DNA of 64,000 bases. It comes from Acidobacteriota bacterium (GTDB lineage Bacteria; Acidobacteriota; UBA890; WLXD01). The stretch is taken from positions 390 through 64,389 of the forward strand of contig JAJCXT010000090.1 of NCBI GenBank assembly GCA_029263295.1, read 5' to 3'. Each line of letters begins with the position of its first letter. Positions within the stretch are counted from its first letter, which is position 1. This document shows, in pieces, positions 61,875-64,000 of this stretch. A model generated the notes under the pieces. The model saw only the letters and a program-made list of their open reading frames with translations. It did no database searches and had not been told where the DNA came from. Made by a program: the position numbers and the translations under genes.

Positions 61875-63053
61875 ATGATTGTGAACCTCGAAAACCGTGG
61901 CCCGCTGGGTGCGCCTGTGATCACTCTCTGCCTGGTCTCGGCCTTGGCGTTGGCCGGATGCCAGCCAAGCCGATCAAGCGCCGGTAGCGAGGAACCCGCC
62001 ACGCAGGCACAGCCGAGCGGCGAGCCCTGGCACCTGGCTGACGCGCAACCCGACACAGCCGACGGCATCCGAGTGCTGGTCCTTCACGACATGGAGGGCC
62101 TCTCGGGCCAGGACGACTGGCGCAGCTTCAGCTTCAGCCACACCCAATACGCACGTGGCCAGGAGATGCTGATCACCGACGTCAACGCCGTGATCGACGG
62201 CCTGTTCGCCGGTGGTGCCACTGAAGTTCACGTGGTCGATGGTCATGGCAGCGGCAACCCGGCACCCGACGTGCGCGCCGATCTTCTCGACGAACGTGCC
62301 ACACAGGTGCTGCGCGACGAGCCATTCGACACCTATTTCGATCTGGTCGAGCCTGGCGCCTATGACGCCGTCGCGGTGGTCGGCATGCATGCCAAGACGG
62401 GCAGCGGCGGCTTCGCCTCACATACCTTCACCCTTGGCATCGAGTTCCAGCTCAACGGCCGTTCGATCACCGAAACCGAACTCGTCGCGCTGTCATGGGG
62501 GCGAGCGGACGTGCCGGTGATCTTCGGCTCCGGCGACGACCGCCTTGCCAACGATCTACAGACCATGCCGTGGATCGAGTTCGTCACGGTCAAGACGGCC
62601 ACCAGTGCCTCGACGGCCGAGCTACGTCCGCTTGACGAGGCGCACGCCGATCTCCGCGCCAGTGCGCAGCGGGCCGTCGAGAACCTGGCATCGGCAAAGG
62701 TGATGCGGGTCAACACTCCGATCGCGGTAACTCTGCACGCCGTGGCACCCGCGAGTCTCGAACTGATGCAGGGATTCCCAGGCATTGACTATTCCGACAG
62801 CAGCGTCACCTTTGTCACCGACGACATGGCAGACGCCTACGACGGACTGGTCGCCATCGTCGGCGTCGCGAGAAAATCATACAGCGGCATCCTGATGGAG
62901 CAGCTCGTTGGACTACCGAGCCGCGACGAGATCCTAGCCGCCTACCGGGTGGGCCTGTTCGAGCGCTGGCTCGACGTCGAGTCGGGTCGCTGGTCAGCCC
63001 CGGAAAGCGCCGCCCCCGATACGGCGGGCCGCAGGTACCACGGCTACCAGTAA
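61875..63053 (+). CDS. M55-family (DppA-like D-aminopeptidase) lipoprotein
   Basis: GGGAGG SD precedes ATG 61875. Lipobox is LALAGC. Motifs are VLVLHDMEGLSG, HVVDGHGSGN and GMHAKTGSGGFASHT. Confidence 0.75.
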   Translation: MIVNLENRGPLGAPVITLCLVSALALAGCQPSRSSAGSEEPATQAQPSGEPWHLADAQPDTADGIRVLVLHDMEGLSGQDDWRSFSFSHTQYARGQEMLITDVNAVIDGLFAGGATEVHVVDGHGSGNPAPDVRADLLDERATQVLRDEPFDTYFDLVEPGAYDAVAVVGMHAKTGSGGFASHTFTLGIEFQLNGRSITETELVALSWGRADVPVIFGSGDDRLANDLQTMPWIEFVTVKTATSASTAELRPLDEAHADLRASAQRAVENLASAKVMRVNTPIAVTLHAVAPASLELMQGFPGIDYSDSSVTFVTDDMADAYDGLVAIVGVARKSYSGILMEQLVGLPSRDEILAAYRVGLFERWLDVESGRWSAPESAAPDTAGRRYHGYQ

Positions 63054-63290
63054 CGGTGCGCCTTCGCGCTCTATGCGGGCTTCTATCGCTACGAACCGTT
63101 GCCCCTCAACGCGACCCGTCAAGTTATCGAGACCACTGACGACTAAGTGCGAGAACGCGTCGAGTTCGACGCAGCGTACGCTGGCGAGCGCGGACCAGTT
63201 CATGTGTTCCTGCCACGCAACACTGAACCGCCGTACCAGGCCGTCGTGTTCGCCCCCGGCAACGACGCCTTTCTTCCTGGAGTCCTCCGA
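63054..63290 (+). pseudogene. Internal fragment of an alpha/beta-hydrolase (S9/esterase-like) gene with an in-frame TAA
   Basis: The frame reads ...LYAGFYRYEPLPLNATRQVIETTDD-TAA(63144)-VRERVEFDAAYAGERGPVHVFLPRNTEPPYQAVVFAPGNDAF. This resembles the region preceding the catalytic domain of such hydrolases. No start, no nucleophile motif and no gene body are present. Confidence 0.3.
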
Positions 63291-63354
63291 GCGCCGCGGC
63301 CCGGTGCAAACGGCGGCACGATAACCTCCGGAAGGACTATCGGACCCGCCGACA

Positions 63355-64000
63355 TCAGAGGTTCACGACCCCGCCATCGGCGACGATCTCCTCGCCGACG
63401 ACGAACGACGAATCGGACGAGGCGAGAAAGGCCGCTACGCCCCCCATCTCGCCAGGAGACCCGGTTCGTTTCATCGGGATAAGGCCTGCGAATTCTTCCT
63501 TCATCGCCGCCGCCTCATTCTCAGAAAATCCGAGGCGGCTAAACACGGCTGTGTCGATGGTTCCCGGACTCAGGACGTTCACTCGTATCGCACGCGGCAT
63601 CAGCTCGGTCGACAGAGTTCGAGCCAGCGACCGCACGGCCCCCTTGCAGGCACCATAGACGGACATGCCCGGAAAACCCTTGTGTACGGCGATCGACGCC
63701 ACGAGGACGATGGACGCGCCGTCGTTGAGGTGGGGCAGGGCCTTTTGAACAGTGAAGAACACGCTCTTGAAGTTCAGGTCGGTCATTGCGGCGAAAGAAC
63801 GCTCGTCGACCTCGGTAAAGGGCTGGATGCTGCCCACTCCAACTGCCCCACCGGCGTTCACGACCAGCACGTCGAGTTTGTCAACGGCCTCCTCGGCGCG
63901 CCGGAACATGCCTTCGAGCTCATCGAGCTTGGTGACGTCGCACCGCAGCGCCACGAAGTCATCGCCCAGCGAATGCGACGCGTCAGCGAGCGTGTCGGCG
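63355..64000 (-). CDS. Short-chain dehydrogenase/reductase (SDR), N-terminus beyond the window
   Basis: NAG (NAGG) is present. The catalytic motif is S...YGACKGAV (YxxxK). PGTIDT is present. The frame stays open to position 64000, so the CDS is partial. Confidence 0.9.
   Translation of the reverse strand, partial: ADTLADASHSLGDDFVALRCDVTKLDELEGMFRRAEEAVDKLDVLVVNAGGAVGVGSIQPFTEVDERSFAAMTDLNFKSVFFTVQKALPHLNDGASIVLVASIAVHKGFPGMSVYGACKGAVRSLARTLSTELMPRAIRVNVLSPGTIDTAVFSRLGFSENEAAAMKEEFAGLIPMKRTGSPGEMGGVAAFLASSDSSFVVGEEIVADGGVVNL

Noticed and set aside
1-64000. Search for CRISPR arrays, tRNA/rRNA genes, IS elements, integrases, reverse transcriptases, restriction or other defence modules
   Set aside because: I saw no regularly spaced direct repeats, no cloverleaf-compatible intergenic sequence (the gaps are short) and no transposase, integrase or RT motifs in any supported ORF. 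Absence is judged by eye only.

Overview
The window is a visibly GC-rich, densely coding bacterial chromosomal segment. It holds about 60 CDS, short intergenic gaps and many 1-nt or 4-nt start/stop overlaps. I recognised no rRNA, tRNA, CRISPR array, transposase, integrase or phage gene.

Content in order:
- the 3' part of an Alternative Complex III operon (actD-E-F)
- a metabolic/regulatory block: ICL/PEP-mutase-family enzyme, Tat-signal class V PLP enzyme, beta carbonic anhydrase, TetR, tandem-NIPSNAP protein
- a DoxX / ECF sigma / anti-sigma operon next to a secreted Kelch protein
- a five-gene operon: outer-membrane channel, di-haem peroxidase-like protein, PhnD-C-E-like ABC importer
- a complete membrane-bound [NiFe] uptake hydrogenase island: small, large and cytochrome b subunits, protease, hypFCDE, hypAB and a His-rich metal transporter
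- several membrane-protein/HTH-regulator pairs
- a fatty-acid-hydroxylase and HemN-like radical-SAM pair
- two PadR plus duplicated-FtsX (ADOP-type) permease pairs and one orphan PadR
- VWA, CRTAC1/ASPIC and DUF4920 proteins
- a two-component system
- a run of secreted beta-propellers and hydrolases.

The PadR/ADOP, VWFA-acidobacterial and ASPIC combination suggests an Acidobacteriota- or Gemmatimonadota-like organism; this is inference only.

Most notable observations:
1. A peroxiredoxin-like gene is interrupted by a single in-frame TGA exactly at the first Cys of its W-C-P-Y-C motif. A SECIS-like hairpin follows, making it a candidate selenoprotein that ORF callers split in two.
2. That gene sits inside a segmental duplication of BNR-propeller genes: two full paralogs with conserved leaders plus a 3' remnant.
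3. The hydrogenase small subunit carries both extra cysteines diagnostic of O2-tolerant [4Fe-3S] enzymes.
4. The outer-membrane channel, di-haem peroxidase and PhnDCE genes form an unusual operon.

All calls come from reading motifs by eye. No database search, folding or alignment program was run.
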